This document shows, piece after piece, positions 1 to 11,173 of a DNA stretch of 64,000 bases. Source of the stretch: Alphaproteobacteria bacterium (GTDB taxonomy: Bacteria > Pseudomonadota > Alphaproteobacteria > JAJTHO01 > CANGYM01); assembly GCA_044375675.1 (NCBI GenBank), contig JBILMD010000001.1:126396-190395 (forward strand), given 5' to 3'. The number at the start of each line of letters is the position of its first letter. Within the stretch, counting starts at the first letter, position 1. The notes under the pieces were generated by a model. It did no database searches and had not been told where the DNA came from. It saw nothing but the letters and a program-made list of their open reading frames with translations. Both the position numbers and the translations under genes were made by a program.

Positions 1-331
1 CGTAGTTAAATTCACAAAAGGTGGCAATCTCTTCGGCGCTGCCTGGCTCTTGCTGGCCAAAATCATTGCTGGGCACCCCGATGATCACAAAACCGCGATC
101 TTTATAGCGCTGATAAAGGTCCTCCAGACCTTTGTACTGGGGGGTAAATCCACATTTGGATGCTGTATTCACAATCAAAATCACCTTGCCTTGATAGGCG
201 GACAGCGGCATGGGATCTTCCCCCATCAGGGCTTTGAATGAAAAATCATATGCGGTTTTATCCGGACCCGCTTGGGCTGAGCCCCATCCAAACAATGCCA
301 TAAAGACAACACCCCAAAAGAATTTAACCAT
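1..331 (-). CDS. Glutathione peroxidase family protein. Partial: 3' end runs off the window start.
   Basis: Reverse-strand translation from ATG at 331 gives a signal-peptide-like N-terminus, then ...YQGKVILIVNTASKCGFTPQYKGLEDLYQRYKDRGFVIIGVPSNDFGQQEP, the Gpx/BtuE active-site Cys region. It is absent from the ORF track because no stop falls inside the window. Confidence 0.7.
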   Translation of the reverse strand, partial: MVKFFWGVVFMALFGWGSAQAGPDKTAYDFSFKALMGEDPMPLSAYQGKVILIVNTASKCGFTPQYKGLEDLYQRYKDRGFVIIGVPSNDFGQQEPGSAEEIATFCEFNY

Positions 332-350
332 AACAGAACTTAACCTTAAC

Positions 351-1049
351 CTAGGCTTTCATTTTTGGCCGCACGCGGGACAACCCCCCATCCACGGCCA
401 GCACCTGTCCGGTAATCCAATTATTGGTGGGATCCAGCAGAAATACAATGGCGCGGGCGATATCTTCGGGTTTTCCCAGCCGACCCAGCGCATGCATGGC
501 CTCAGAGACCCTCCGCGAGGTTTCATTGCCCGTCAGCGCGGCGGTAAGGGGTGTTTCAGTAAGGCCAGGGGCCACGGCATTCACACGGAGATTCTGCCCC
601 GCATAGGTGGCGGCTGCTGACAACGTCAGGCCAAGGATGCCGGCTTTGGCCGCGGCAATCGCTTCATGATTGGCCAACCCTTCCATGGCTGCGGCGGAGG
701 AGATCAGCACCACCGCCCCCCCCTTGTTCATGAATTTTCCCGCCGCACGCACGGTGGCAAATGCGGTTGTCAAAGAAGCATCAATAACCGCCTGATACTG
801 CTCTTTGCTGGTGATGTGCGCCGATTTCAAAAACAGGGAACCGCTGCAATTCACAACACCATCTATGTCCCCCGCTTGCTTGAACACGGCCTCCACAGCC
901 TGAAAATCCGTGGCATCCAAGATGGCATCGGGTGTGATTTTGGATGTATCCCGCGCCGTGGTCCATACAGTATGCCCCGCCTGTTTCAGCAGGCAAACCG
1001 TTGCTTGCCCTATGCCGCTGCTGGCGGCAATCACTAAAAAATGTGCCAT
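351..1049 (-). CDS. Short-chain dehydrogenase/reductase (SDR) family oxidoreductase
   Basis: N-terminal Rossmann motif ASSGIGQA, SDR-like length and composition. Confidence 0.8.
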   Translation of the reverse strand: MAHFLVIAASSGIGQATVCLLKQAGHTVWTTARDTSKITPDAILDATDFQAVEAVFKQAGDIDGVVNCSGSLFLKSAHITSKEQYQAVIDASLTTAFATVRAAGKFMNKGGAVVLISSAAAMEGLANHEAIAAAKAGILGLTLSAAATYAGQNLRVNAVAPGLTETPLTAALTGNETSRRVSEAMHALGRLGKPEDIARAIVFLLDPTNNWITGQVLAVDGGLSRVRPKMKA

Positions 1050-1115
1050 GGTTATATCCTTGCATTTTCTGAAAAATCATAGTAGAGATTAAGCTCTTCG
1101 TAAAGGGCCTTCCTC

Positions 1116-1631
1116 ATGAAAATAAAAGATCGCGTCGAGTTCAAAAGCAAGCCCCCTGTCCTGTCTTTTGCTGAAACGGACAAAGTGATTGATGCCGTTA
1201 GGGCGATGTCAGAAAAAAACTACGGCGCAAGTGTTGTTGTGGATTCTGACAACAGGCCTGTTGGGATTGTGACAGAACGGGATTTCATGCGGCGACTCTT
1301 GGCCAAAGGGTTGGATGCCAACACAACCCCCTTGAGTGACATTATGACACGCGATCTAAAACTCGCATCCACAGAGGATACCGTGGTTGACTGGTTGCGC
1401 ATCATGTCAAACGAGCGTTTTCGTCACCTGCCCGTGATTGATGAGCAAGGTAAACTGATCAACCTGATGTCACAGGGTGATTTTGTTTCCTACACTTGGC
1501 CCCAACTTCTTAACCGCGCCAAAGAAACCCTCACCAAATCCTTTATGGAGCGTTTTCATCTCCATTTGATTTTGGCAGGGGTTATGATTTACAGCATTCT
1601 GGTCCTGATGATTGTTATGAATGCACAGTAA
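1116..1631 (+). CDS. CBS-domain protein with C-terminal hydrophobic segment
   Basis: Tandem CBS-like segments (GIVTERDF..., HLPVIDEQGKLINLMSQGDF) and a hydrophobic C-terminus. Confidence 0.65.
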   Translation: MKIKDRVEFKSKPPVLSFAETDKVIDAVRAMSEKNYGASVVVDSDNRPVGIVTERDFMRRLLAKGLDANTTPLSDIMTRDLKLASTEDTVVDWLRIMSNERFRHLPVIDEQGKLINLMSQGDFVSYTWPQLLNRAKETLTKSFMERFHLHLILAGVMIYSILVLMIVMNAQ

Positions 1632-1731
1632 CAAGGGTTCTTTAAAAATAAAATTTTCCAGCGTGATGGCTCCCACGCATGGACAAAAGAAGCTTGCTAA
1701 GACCTCTCAATGACCTCTCCACAATCCTCTG

Positions 1732-2202
1732 CTATACAAACACCACCTTAACCACCTCATACCCCTTAACCCCACCAGGGGCGGGGACTTCGATGTAATC
1801 GCCCACGGCTTTGCCCATCAGGGCGCGGGCGAGGGGGGCGGTGCTGGACAGGCGGCCTTGGGAAAGGTCTGCCTCTTCCATGCCCACAATGTGATAGGTG
1901 GTTTCTTTGCCGTCATCATCCGCCACCGTCACTGTGGCACCAAAGGTTACGGTATCGCCCGAAAGTTTTTTGGGATCCACGATTTCCGCGCGGCTGATTT
2001 TGCCCTCTAGGTCCTTAATCCGCGCCTCAATAAACCCCTGACGTTCGCGGGCGGCGTGGTATTCGGCGTTTTCTTTCAAATCGCCGTGCTCTTTGGCCTC
2101 GGCAATGGCGGCGATGACGGCGGGGCGCTCTTCGGTTTTCAGGGTGCGCAGCTCCACCTGCAATTTTTCATAACCCGGCAGGGTCATGGGGTATTTTTCC
2201 AT
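1732..2202 (-). CDS. greA: Transcription elongation factor GreA
   Basis: [13 protein letters not shown]...[24 protein letters not shown]...[10 protein letters not shown] matches the GreA N-terminal coiled coil and C-terminal FKBP-like domain from memory. Confidence 0.95.
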   Translation of the reverse strand: MEKYPMTLPGYEKLQVELRTLKTEERPAVIAAIAEAKEHGDLKENAEYHAARERQGFIEARIKDLEGKISRAEIVDPKKLSGDTVTFGATVTVADDDGKETTYHIVGMEEADLSQGRLSSTAPLARALMGKAVGDYIEVPAPGGVKGYEVVKVVFV

Positions 2203-2219
2203 AACAAAGATTCCTTGTG

Positions 2220-3608
2220 TTAAAAATGAATAACACGACCCATGGCGTCCAGCGTGGCCTCGTGCATCATTTCCGATAACGTGGGGTGGGGGAATACGGT
2301 ATGCGCCAAATCCAGCTCTGTCAACTCCCCATTCATGGCAATGACAAAGCCCTGAATCAGCTCGGTGACTTCTGCCCCGATCAGGTGGGCCCCCAGCAAT
2401 TCACCCGTTTTGGCATCATAGATGGTTTTGATCAACCCTTCCGGCTCGCCCAGCGCAATGGCTTTGCCGTTGCCCATAAAGGGAAAACGGCCCACTTTCA
2501 ACGTATGGCCCGCCTCTTTGGCCTTGGCCTCGGACAGGCCCACACTGGCGACCTGCGGCATGGTATAGGTACATCCGGGAATTTTGGCGCGGTCCATGGG
2601 GTGAACATCGGGCTGGCCTGCCAGATTTTCCACACAAACCATGGCCTCGTGCGAAGCCTTGTGCGCCAACCACGGGCCCGCGGTGACATCCCCGATGGCG
2701 TAAACGCCGGCCTCGTCCGTTTTCAAATACCCGTCGGTGACGATGTGGCCCCGATCCAGACGAATTTTGGTTTTGTCCAAACCGATGGTTTCCGTGTTCG
2801 GCACAATGCCCACCGCCATAATGACGCGATCCACGGTCAGGGATTCTGTTTTTCCCGCTTTTTCAAAGGTCAGCGTGACATTATCCTTACCCTTATCCAA
2901 TTTGGTCAGCTTGGCGCCCACGTGGATGGTCATGCCCTGTTTTTCAAAGGTTTTTTTGGCCAGACCGGAAATCTCTGCATCCTCAGCCGGCAGGATACGG
3001 TCCATAGCCTCAATCACTGTAACCTTGGATCCCAAGGTGTTGTAAAAACTGGCAAACTCCATCCCAATGGCGCCGGATCCCACAATGGCGAGGGTTTTGG
3101 GCAGGGTGTCCTGAACCATGGCCTCGCGGTAGGTCAAAACCAATCGTCCATCCGGTTCAAACCCCGTCAACACGCGGGCCCGGGCGCCGGTGGCCAGAAT
3201 GATATGCTTCGCCGTGAGGGTTTGTTCTTTATCACCCTTCACCAAAACTTTTCCCCCGCCCAGCAGGGACCCATGGCCCGTGATGACCTCAACCTTATTT
3301 TTTTTCAGCAAATGGGCGATGCCGCCCGATAATTGTTTTGCCACGCCGCGGGATCGGGCCACGATGGCGGGCATATCAACCTTCACGTCGGCAACGCTCA
3401 GGCCGTAATCCTTGGCATGTTTGATGTGATGATACATTTCCGCGGAACGCAACAAAGCCTTCGTCGGGATGCACCCCCAGTTCAAACAAATGCCCCCCAG
3501 ATGGGTGGATTCCACCACCGCGGTTTTCAAACCCAGCTGATTGGCCCGAATGGCCGCCACATAGCCCCCCGGGCCACCCCCGATAACAATCACATCATAG
3601 TTACTCAT
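2220..3608 (-). CDS. lpdA: Dihydrolipoyl dehydrogenase (E3). True start taken at the internal Met that begins [16 protein letters not shown].
   Basis: FAD-binding GGGPGGY motif, redox-active [10 protein letters not shown] disulfide and HAHPT interface motif. ATG verified at 3608. Confidence 0.95.
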   Translation of the reverse strand: MSNYDVIVIGGGPGGYVAAIRANQLGLKTAVVESTHLGGICLNWGCIPTKALLRSAEMYHHIKHAKDYGLSVADVKVDMPAIVARSRGVAKQLSGGIAHLLKKNKVEVITGHGSLLGGGKVLVKGDKEQTLTAKHIILATGARARVLTGFEPDGRLVLTYREAMVQDTLPKTLAIVGSGAIGMEFASFYNTLGSKVTVIEAMDRILPAEDAEISGLAKKTFEKQGMTIHVGAKLTKLDKGKDNVTLTFEKAGKTESLTVDRVIMAVGIVPNTETIGLDKTKIRLDRGHIVTDGYLKTDEAGVYAIGDVTAGPWLAHKASHEAMVCVENLAGQPDVHPMDRAKIPGCTYTMPQVASVGLSEAKAKEAGHTLKVGRFPFMGNGKAIALGEPEGLIKTIYDAKTGELLGAHLIGAEVTELIQGFVIAMNGELTELDLAHTVFPHPTLSEMMHEATLDAMGRVIHF

Positions 3609-3682
3609 ACCATGCCTTTTCTTTTTGCGTGTTCGTGCCCCGTACCTTGCCACGGTTTTTCAGGGGAGGGAAGGGGGAACAA

Positions 3683-4036
3683 TCACTCTGATTTTCCTTG
3701 CAGCAAAACCTGTAGCTGTTCCAACAAAGCGGGGATGTGCAACAGAGCAACACTTAAAACAACCTCGTGGGCGATATCATCATAACCATGGGCCAGATGA
3801 TTCCTCATGCTGATGATTTTTTGCCAAGGAATTTGGGGATTTTGCTCTCTCAAGGGGGCACTGACGCGGGTGGCGGCTTCACCAAAAACATGAATTAAAC
3901 GTTGTAAAATCAATGCCGCATCAGAATCATCTTCAATACCATCCTTTCGGTAACGTTCCAATGTTTCCCCTATACGACGGCCAAAGCGGATCATATCATA
4001 CAGGGCGACGCGATCATCCCGCTGGCTTTCCCTCAT
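3683..4036 (-). CDS. hepT: HepT-like HEPN toxin (DUF86), pair 1
   Basis: R-x4-HxY HEPN motif (RNHLAHGY). Overlaps the upstream NTase gene by 4 nt. Confidence 0.8.
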   Translation of the reverse strand: MRESQRDDRVALYDMIRFGRRIGETLERYRKDGIEDDSDAALILQRLIHVFGEAATRVSAPLREQNPQIPWQKIISMRNHLAHGYDDIAHEVVLSVALLHIPALLEQLQVLLQGKSE

Positions 4037-4332
4037 AAAAACCGCACATCCTTCATAACATTTTCCTCTAAATAGGGGTTTTTGGCGATTTTTTGACGAA
4101 AAGAAAACCGCACAGGCAGGCCCGTCCGCAGGCTGAGGTCCTGCTCGGCATCCAAAAGATCAAAAAACGTAAACGGGGCGGTATAATCTATCAGGATATC
4201 CAAATCACTCCGCTCATCCGCATCGCCGCGGGCATAGCTGCCAAAGACGCCCATTTCTGTGATGGGGTATTTGGCCATCAAATCGCGTTTGGCGTCCTGC
4301 AAAATGGGCAAAAGGTCGTTGAGTGTTTTCAT
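4033..4332 (-). CDS. mntA: MntA-like minimal nucleotidyltransferase antitoxin, pair 1
   Basis: GS-x9-RG...D-x-D NTase fold motif (GVFGSYARGDADERSDLDIL). Confidence 0.8.
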   Translation of the reverse strand: MKTLNDLLPILQDAKRDLMAKYPITEMGVFGSYARGDADERSDLDILIDYTAPFTFFDLLDAEQDLSLRTGLPVRFSFRQKIAKNPYLEENVMKDVRFL

Positions 4333-4345
4333 GGGTATGCTGTTG

Positions 4346-4702
4346 TTACCAATTCAGGCCTTTGTCTTTCAAAAACATTTCTAATGCTGCAATCATGGGC
4401 GGCAGATGATCGATGACAATACGCCATACCAAAGGATTTTCAATTTCATCATAATCATGGGCAATCACGTTGCGGCATCCAATGATTTGAACCCACGGAA
4501 TATCCGGCAAGAGGGTTTTGGTTGGACCATCAACCTTTTTCGCCGCTTCACCAATAATTTGTACCGCGTGAAGCAAGGCAAATCGCCGAAGCTGATCTTC
4601 GAAATACGTGTCTTGTGTATACGGGGCAGCAAAACCCACCGCAGCGCGGGCATGATCCAACATATCCACCAGATATTGCGTGCTATCGTTCTGCCCCCTC
4701 AT
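4346..4702 (-). CDS. hepT: HepT-like HEPN toxin (DUF86), pair 2. Divergent from pair 1.
   Basis: RNVIAHDY HEPN motif. 4-nt overlap with the upstream NTase gene. Confidence 0.8.
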   Translation of the reverse strand: MRGQNDSTQYLVDMLDHARAAVGFAAPYTQDTYFEDQLRRFALLHAVQIIGEAAKKVDGPTKTLLPDIPWVQIIGCRNVIAHDYDEIENPLVWRIVIDHLPPMIAALEMFLKDKGLNW

Positions 4703-4998
4703 AAATAAACAGCCTCCTGCAAAATGCGGGGGGCCAGAAAGCGTTTTAGGCGGTTTTTGTTGACCAAATCCACGGTGGGAATGCCTGTTTTGTTCTGTAA
4801 ATACAGCTGAATATCCACGATATCAAACAGGGAAAAACCATGGGTATCCATCACATACAGAATATCCAAATCACTCCGCTCATCCGCATCACCGCGGGCG
4901 TAGCTGCCAAAGACGCCCATTTCTGTGATGGGGTATTTGGCCATCAAATCGCGTTTGGCGTCCTGCAAAATGGGCAAAAGGTCGTTGAGTGTTTTCAT
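4699..4998 (-). CDS. mntA: MntA-like nucleotidyltransferase antitoxin, pair 2. Start taken at the internal Met MKTLNDLL. The annotated N-terminal extension merely translates a repeat element.
   Basis: First 47 residues identical to pair-1 MntA, then divergent. NTase motif present. ATG verified at 4998. Confidence 0.75.
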   Translation of the reverse strand: MKTLNDLLPILQDAKRDLMAKYPITEMGVFGSYARGDADERSDLDILYVMDTHGFSLFDIVDIQLYLQNKTGIPTVDLVNKNRLKRFLAPRILQEAVYL

Positions 4999-5555
4999 GG
5001 GTATGCTGCTGACCAACCGTCCCCCAACTTTGCCACGGTTTGGGGGGGCAGGGAAGGGGATTTTTTCAACACAACCCTTTTTCGCCTCCACCCCAAAAAA
5101 ATTTCATAAAATTCTTGACGCATATATATATATATATTAAATTAAATGTTCACCCATAGCATTGCCACAATCCCGTGGATAAGATGCTTGGGCCTCACAA
5201 AGGTGAACCATGACCAACCGTCAACCGACGATGCCTGCCATAATCGCTCAGGCGATTTCCGGACAATTCGTTCGACTTCCCATCAAAATCAGAATTTTTC
5301 TGATTCTTGGCGGATCTGCAGCTTTGCTGCTTCCCCCAGCTTTGTATTTTAACAAAGCTATAATCCAATGGATGGCACCTATCGCCGAATCTCGACGTAT
5401 CTGCACCCAGAATGGGGGAAGAAACGCTATGGGACCAGATGAATTTCTCCATCCCCTATGGCTAAAATCTAGCGGATGGTGCAACTTCTCCAGCATCACT
5501 GGCCGCAATGCTGCGTGGGAATGGGATGTGAAAAACTGGAAGCCCTGAGACCACA

Positions 5556-5571
5556 CCCCCCCTCGGGGGGG
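5556..5571 (-). terminator. C7-TC-G7 perfect hairpin just downstream of the rpoB stop
   Basis: CCCCCCCTCGGGGGGG palindrome 30 nt past the rpoB stop. There is no clear U-run, so an intrinsic-terminator call is tentative. Confidence 0.3.
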
Positions 5572-5601
5572 TTACCCAGACCCCTACTCCTCGAGAGAAG
5601 A

Positions 5602-8600
5602 TTACTCTTCAAACGAGGGTAGGGGCTTTCTGGTTTCTTGGGCCTGCAGGTAATCGCTTTGTTTCAGCTCGATGTTCAATCCCAAGGCGCGGATTTCTTT
5701 GATCAATACGTTAAAGGACTCAGGGATACCGGTTTGGAACGTGGCATCGCCCTTGACGATGGATTCGTAAACCTTGGTCCGGCCGGCCACGTCGTCGGAT
5801 TTGATGGTCAGCATTTCCTGCAGAGTATAGGCGGCGCCGTAGGCTTGCAGGGCCCAGACCTCCATCTCCCCAAAACGCTGGCCCCCGAATTGGGCCTTTC
5901 CACCCAGCGGCTGCTGCGTCACCAAACTGTACGGCCCAATGGACCGCGCGTGAATTTTATCATCCACCAAATGGTGCAGTTTCAGCATGTACATATAGCC
6001 CACGGTTACGGGACGATCGAACCTTTCCCCCGTGCGGCCATCGTACAGCATCACCTGACCGGATCCATTCAGGCCCGCTTTTTCCAGCATCTCAACAATC
6101 TCGGCTTCTTTCGCGCCATCGAAAACCGGCGTGGCCATGGGCACACCCTTTTTCAGGTTGTGGCAGAGTTCCTTCAGGTCATCCCCATTCATGGCGTCGA
6201 TTTCGCCCTGCGTTTCGGTATCGGGGTACAGGGTTTTTAGGTGCGCTTTGACCTCTTTCTGCCCCTTGTCCTTATCCAGAGACGCAATCATCTGCGCCAC
6301 CTGACGGCCCAAACCGCCTGAGGCCCAGCTGAGGTGGGTTTCCAAAATCTGGCCCACGTTCATACGCGAGGGAACCCCCAGCGGGTTTAACACGATATCC
6401 ACCTGCGTGCCGTCCTCAAGAAACGGCATGTCCTCCAGCGGCATGATGCGGGACACAACCCCTTTGTTCCCGTGACGACCGGCCATTTTGTCCCCAGGTT
6501 GGATTTTGCGCTTCACGGCGACAAAGACCTTAATCATCTTCATCACGCCCGGTTGCAAATCATCCCCGCGCTGCAGTTTGTCGACCTTATCGTTAAATCT
6601 GGCGTTGATTTCGCGCAGGCTGGCTTCAAATTCCTGATTCAGGGTGGCGATGCGGTCCATGACCACGGCATCCTGAATCACAATTTTGGACCATTGGTTT
6701 TTGGGCATGGCATCCAGCGCGGCAGCATCCAAAGCCTGTCCGCGTTTGGCGCCTGTGGCTTTTTCCACAACCTGCCCCGCCAACCAAGAGGCCAGACGGT
6801 CATAATAGCTGGTTTCAATGATCCGGCGCTGCGTATCCCGCTCCCGCGCCAGGGCATCAATGCCGGCTTGCTCCAGCGCCACGGCCCGCTCGTCCTTGTC
6901 AATGCCGGTGCGGGAGAAAATCCGCACCTCAACCACCGTCCCCGTCACCCCGGGCGGCAGGCGCAGGGATGTGTCGCGCACATCGCTGGCTTTTTCCCCG
7001 AAAATGGATCGCAGCAGTTTTTCTTCGGGTGTGGATGGGGTTTCCGCCTTGGGCGTCACTTTTCCAACCAAGATATCCCCGGGCTTCACTTCCGCCCCGA
7101 CATACACAATACCGGCTTCATCCAGATTGCGCAGGGCCTCTTCGCCCACATCCGGAACATCGCGGGTGATGTCTTCCTGACCCAGCTTGGTATCGCGGGC
7201 CATGACCTCGAACTCTTCGATGTGAATGGATGTGAAAACATCATCGCGCACAATGCGCTCGGATAGCAGAATGGAATCCTCGAAGTTATACCCATTCCAC
7301 GGCATGAACGCACACAACACGTTGCGTCCCAAGGCCAATTCGCCCAAATCAGTGGACGGTCCATCGGCGATGATGTCACCTTTTTTGATGCCATCGCCCA
7401 CCTTCACCACCGGTTTCTGGTTGATGCAGGTGTCTTGGTTGGATCGCTGGAATTTCCGCAGGTTGTAGATGTCTACCCCAACGCCCGTGGCGCCGTCGTC
7501 TGTTTTCAAAACAATACGCTCTGCATCCACACGGTCCACGATCCCATCGCGGCGGGCCACAACAACCACACCGGAATCACGGGCCACAACGGCCTCCATG
7601 CCTGTCCCCACCAAGGGGGCCTCGGACCGCAGCAACGGCACGGCCTGACGCTGCATGTTGGATCCCATCAGGGCGCGGTTGGCATCGTCATTTTCCAAAA
7701 ACGGAATCAGCGACGCCGCCACAGACACCAGCTGCTTTGGTGAAACGTCAATGTAATCAATGTCTTCACGGCGGGCCAAAATGAACTCACCGGCTTTGCG
7801 GCAGGTGATCAGCTCGTCGGCAAAACCGCCCTGATCATTCAGGGCCGCGTTGGACTGGGCAATGGTGTAACGGCTTTCTTCCAGCGCCGACAGGTAATCC
7901 ACAACAAGGGATACCTTGCCGTCAATGACTTTGCGGTAAGGGCTTTCGATGAACCCATAGCGATTGATGCGCGAAAAGGTCGCCAAAGAGTTAATCAGAC
8001 CGATGTTCGGCCCCTCTGGCGTTTCAATGGGACAAATCCGGCCGTAATGGGTGGGGTGAACGTCCCGAACCTCGAACCACGCCCGCTCCCGCGTTAATCC
8101 ACCAGGGCCCAAGGCCGAAAGACGGCGTTTATGGGTAATTTCCGACAAAGGATTGGTCTGGTCCATAAACTGGGACAACTGCGAGGATCCAAAAAACTCC
8201 TTCACCGCCGCCACAACAGGCTTGGCATTCACCAGATCATGGGGCATGGCTGTTTCCAGCTCCACCGCGCCCATGCGCTCTTTAATGGCCCGCTCCATCC
8301 GCAGCAAACCCAAACGGTACTGATTTTCAATCAGCTCGCCCACCGAACGCACACGACGGTTGCCCAAATGGTCAATATCATCCACTTCGCCGCGGCCATC
8401 TTTCAGATTGATGATGGTGCGAACAATTTCAACAATATCCTCTTTCTCCAAAACCCGAACGGTGTCCGGCGCATTCAGACCCAAACGGGCATTCAGCTTC
8501 ACACGACCCACGGCGGAGAGATCATAGCGCTCTTCATCGAAAAACAGGCTGTTGAACAGGGCTTCTGCGGCCTCATATGTGGGGGGCTCGCCTGGGCGCA

Positions 8601-9792
8601 TGACGCGGTAAATGTCTGCCAACGCCTCTTCGCGGCAATAGTTTTTATCGGCCATCACCGTGTTCAAAATGTGGGGGCCATATTTAATATAGTCGATGTC
8701 CAGCAGGAAAAGGTCCTTGAGTCCTTTTTCGGCCACCAATTCCAACACAGAGGCATCCACCTCCTGACCCGCATCGGCCAGAACAATCCCCGTGTTTTCA
8801 TCAATGATATCCAGCGCCAGAAACCCACCGATCAATCCTTCTGGGCTGACGAAGATGGCGGAAAAGTTTTCCTTCTCCAGCTCTTTCATCAGGCGCGGCG
8901 TCATTTTGGTGCCGGCGGGCAGGCGAACTTCACCCGTTTTGGCGTCCACCAGATCATGAATCAACTTCACCCCGCGCCATTTTTCAGGCACGAAGGACGT
9001 CTGCCATCCGCCCTTGCAAACGGTGTAGTGCGTGTGGGTATAAAAGGTGTTAAGGATATCCAGCGCCGACAGTCCCTGCGCCTCGTAAGGCGCCAAAGGA
9101 CCCTGAGCCCGCTTTTTCGCCGTAGCTTCATTATCCAAACACATCAAAAACGTTGTCACCGGCAATTTACGGCGGCGATCAATACGCACATACAAAATGT
9201 CTTTGGCATCAAATTCAAAATCCAGCCACGACCCGCGGTAGGGGATCACACGGGCATTGTAAAGATATTTTCCCGACGCATGGGATTTCCCATTGTCATG
9301 ATCAAAAAACACACCAGGGGATCGGTGCATCTGCGACACAATCACCCGCTCGGTCCCGTTCACCACAAACGTCCCGTTTTCCGTCATCAGGGGAATGTCC
9401 CCGACGTAAACCTCTTGTTCCTTAATGTCGCGGATGGAGCGGACCCCTGTGTCCTCATCCAAATCCCACACCACCAGACGCAGAGTCAAACGCAGGGGGC
9501 ACGCAAAGGTAATCCCGCGCTGCTGACATTCCTCAACATCATATTTGGGCGCGTCAAAGTCATACGACACATATTCCAGCTGCGCCCGATTGGCATAATC
9601 CGCGATGGGAAAAATGGACTGAAACACCTCGTGCAGGCCGACCCGCAAACGCTCGGCGTGGGGAATATCCATCTGCAGAAAATGGGCACACGAATTCCGC
9701 TGCACCTCAATCAAGTTCGGCATGTCCACAACTTGGGGGATCTTTCCAAAACTCTTACGAAGACGTTTGCGCGAAGTGAACGAAGCAGCCAT
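5602..9792 (-). CDS. rpoB: DNA-directed RNA polymerase beta subunit
   Basis: 1396-aa product with N-terminus [19 protein letters not shown] and conserved RpoB blocks throughout. ATG at 9792 preferred over the GTG at 9804. Confidence 0.97.
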   Translation of the reverse strand: MAASFTSRKRLRKSFGKIPQVVDMPNLIEVQRNSCAHFLQMDIPHAERLRVGLHEVFQSIFPIADYANRAQLEYVSYDFDAPKYDVEECQQRGITFACPLRLTLRLVVWDLDEDTGVRSIRDIKEQEVYVGDIPLMTENGTFVVNGTERVIVSQMHRSPGVFFDHDNGKSHASGKYLYNARVIPYRGSWLDFEFDAKDILYVRIDRRRKLPVTTFLMCLDNEATAKKRAQGPLAPYEAQGLSALDILNTFYTHTHYTVCKGGWQTSFVPEKWRGVKLIHDLVDAKTGEVRLPAGTKMTPRLMKELEKENFSAIFVSPEGLIGGFLALDIIDENTGIVLADAGQEVDASVLELVAEKGLKDLFLLDIDYIKYGPHILNTVMADKNYCREEALADIYRVMRPGEPPTYEAAEALFNSLFFDEERYDLSAVGRVKLNARLGLNAPDTVRVLEKEDIVEIVRTIINLKDGRGEVDDIDHLGNRRVRSVGELIENQYRLGLLRMERAIKERMGAVELETAMPHDLVNAKPVVAAVKEFFGSSQLSQFMDQTNPLSEITHKRRLSALGPGGLTRERAWFEVRDVHPTHYGRICPIETPEGPNIGLINSLATFSRINRYGFIESPYRKVIDGKVSLVVDYLSALEESRYTIAQSNAALNDQGGFADELITCRKAGEFILARREDIDYIDVSPKQLVSVAASLIPFLENDDANRALMGSNMQRQAVPLLRSEAPLVGTGMEAVVARDSGVVVVARRDGIVDRVDAERIVLKTDDGATGVGVDIYNLRKFQRSNQDTCINQKPVVKVGDGIKKGDIIADGPSTDLGELALGRNVLCAFMPWNGYNFEDSILLSERIVRDDVFTSIHIEEFEVMARDTKLGQEDITRDVPDVGEEALRNLDEAGIVYVGAEVKPGDILVGKVTPKAETPSTPEEKLLRSIFGEKASDVRDTSLRLPPGVTGTVVEVRIFSRTGIDKDERAVALEQAGIDALARERDTQRRIIETSYYDRLASWLAGQVVEKATGAKRGQALDAAALDAMPKNQWSKIVIQDAVVMDRIATLNQEFEASLREINARFNDKVDKLQRGDDLQPGVMKMIKVFVAVKRKIQPGDKMAGRHGNKGVVSRIMPLEDMPFLEDGTQVDIVLNPLGVPSRMNVGQILETHLSWASGGLGRQVAQMIASLDKDKGQKEVKAHLKTLYPDTETQGEIDAMNGDDLKELCHNLKKGVPMATPVFDGAKEAEIVEMLEKAGLNGSGQVMLYDGRTGERFDRPVTVGYMYMLKLHHLVDDKIHARSIGPYSLVTQQPLGGKAQFGGQRFGEMEVWALQAYGAAYTLQEMLTIKSDDVAGRTKVYESIVKGDATFQTGIPESFNVLIKEIRALGLNIELKQSDYLQAQETRKPLPSFEE

Positions 9793-9962
9793 ACGGGTAA
9801 ACACTCTCTAAAAATCACAACAAAGAGGGAAGGGGGGACAGGCCCAAACAGATCCAAAAAAAGAAAAACGCATAGAACCCAAAGGGCACGCCTGTCAAAA
9901 CGATGATACGACACACGTTATGACACAGTCGCGCCCTTTGGGCAACACGTTTTAATGGCCGT

Positions 9963-10343
9963 CTACTTAATGTCGACTTTGGCGCCAGCGGCTTCGACTT
10001 TTTTCTTAATGTCTTCCGCTTCTTCTTTTTTCACGGCTTCCTTGATGGGCTTGGGGGCTGCTTCAACCAAGTCTTTGGCTTCTTTCAGACCCAGACCCGT
10101 GATGGCGCGAACTTCCTTGATCACGTTGATTTTGTTGTCACCGGCAGCGACCAAAATCACATCAAACTCTGTTTTTTCCTCAACGGCAGCAGCCTCGCCG
10201 CCACCAGCAGGGGCAGCCGCCACAGCCACAGGCGCGGCCGCAGACACACCCCATTCGTCTTCCAGTCTTTTGGCCAGCTCAGCAGCCTCCAGAACCGTCA
10301 AAGCGGAAAGATCTTTAATCAAAGCGTTCAATTTATCAGACAT
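9963..10343 (-). CDS. rplL: 50S ribosomal protein L7/L12
   Basis: [33 protein letters not shown]..., Ala-rich hinge, and a C-terminal domain ending [18 protein letters not shown]. Confidence 0.97.
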   Translation of the reverse strand: MSDKLNALIKDLSALTVLEAAELAKRLEDEWGVSAAAPVAVAAAPAGGGEAAAVEEKTEFDVILVAAGDNKINVIKEVRAITGLGLKEAKDLVEAAPKPIKEAVKKEEAEDIKKKVEAAGAKVDIK

Positions 10344-10376
10344 AAAAAACTCCTATAGATGGTCTGAGAGGGAAGG

Positions 10377-10886
10377 TTACTTTTTGCTGTAGGCTGACAA
10401 AAGCCGCGCCAGCTGCGCAGCCGGTGCCTGAACAACACCTGCAATTTTTGTGGCGGGGGCCTGAATCAGGCCGATCAACATACTCCGCAGAACATCCATG
10501 GACGGCAGCTTGGACAGGGTGCGCACATCCTCGGCGGACAACAAACGGCCATCCATAACAGCGCTGAGAACCTGAAGCTGGTCCGGAAATTTCTTTTCTT
10601 CATCCACCAGAACCTTGCACAGGCCAACGGGATCCTGACCCGTCACAACGGCGGTGCGGCCCACGAACGATGACGTTAAAACCTCGCACGCTGTTCCCTG
10701 AACGGCCAGACGATACAGGGTGTTTTTGGACACCTGCAGCGACCCACCAGCATCCCGCACGGCGCGACGCAGAGCCAAAGAATTGGCCACTTTATAATCG
10801 GTTTTTTTCACCACAATCACCATGGGGGCAGAAGACACAGCCTCTTTCACGGCGGCAATATAGGCAGGCTTTTCTGAACGTAACAT
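10377..10886 (-). CDS. rplJ: 50S ribosomal protein L10
   Basis: L10-like sequence beginning at the internal Met MLRSEKPAYIAAVKE (ATG verified at 10886). The upstream extension in the ORF track is probably untranslated leader. Confidence 0.9.
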   Translation of the reverse strand: MLRSEKPAYIAAVKEAVSSAPMVIVVKKTDYKVANSLALRRAVRDAGGSLQVSKNTLYRLAVQGTACEVLTSSFVGRTAVVTGQDPVGLCKVLVDEEKKFPDQLQVLSAVMDGRLLSAEDVRTLSKLPSMDVLRSMLIGLIQAPATKIAGVVQAPAAQLARLLSAYSKK

Positions 10887-11173
10887 AACTTTCCCCAAAC
10901 AAAACACGCACTTAAAAAAAGAAGCAGGGGAGGGGACAAAACCACAGCAAAGGCACCCAACAACGGGGCGCTTTTTAGGGGCTTTGATCAACATCTCGTG
11001 CGGGCTTTACGCTTTTAAACTTTTAAAAACACCAGCAGTCTGCAACGTTTTTTCAAAAACAGGAACGCTACATAGCACAGCGGGGCAGGGGAGCGCAAGG
11101 GGGTTTTTTACAATATTGAGAAAAAATGAGCGCTATCGTCCAGCAATGAAAAGGATGGGAAGTGTGATCATTT
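10887..11173 (-). promoter_or_regulatory. Candidate L10 autoregulatory leader / promoter region
   Basis: About 290 nt of untranslated sequence upstream of rplJ. A structured L10(L12)4-binding leader is expected here in bacteria generally. The structure itself was not verified. Confidence 0.3.

Noticed and set aside
50-620. Plus-strand ORFs 50-241 and 210-620
   Set aside because: They overlap the minus-strand gpx and SDR genes, which have clear family signatures, and are therefore spurious.
2286-3332. 348-aa plus-strand ORF
   Set aside because: Antisense to lpdA, with low-complexity composition.
5146-5556. Several 68-112-aa ORFs on both strands downstream of rpoB
   Set aside because: Mutually overlapping, without RBS or recognisable features. 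The region is more likely non-coding spacer containing the (AT)9 run.
8131-9906. 591-aa plus-strand ORF (also 6472-7266 and 5638-6240)
   Set aside because: Antisense to rpoB. Long antisense ORFs are expected in GC-rich coding DNA.
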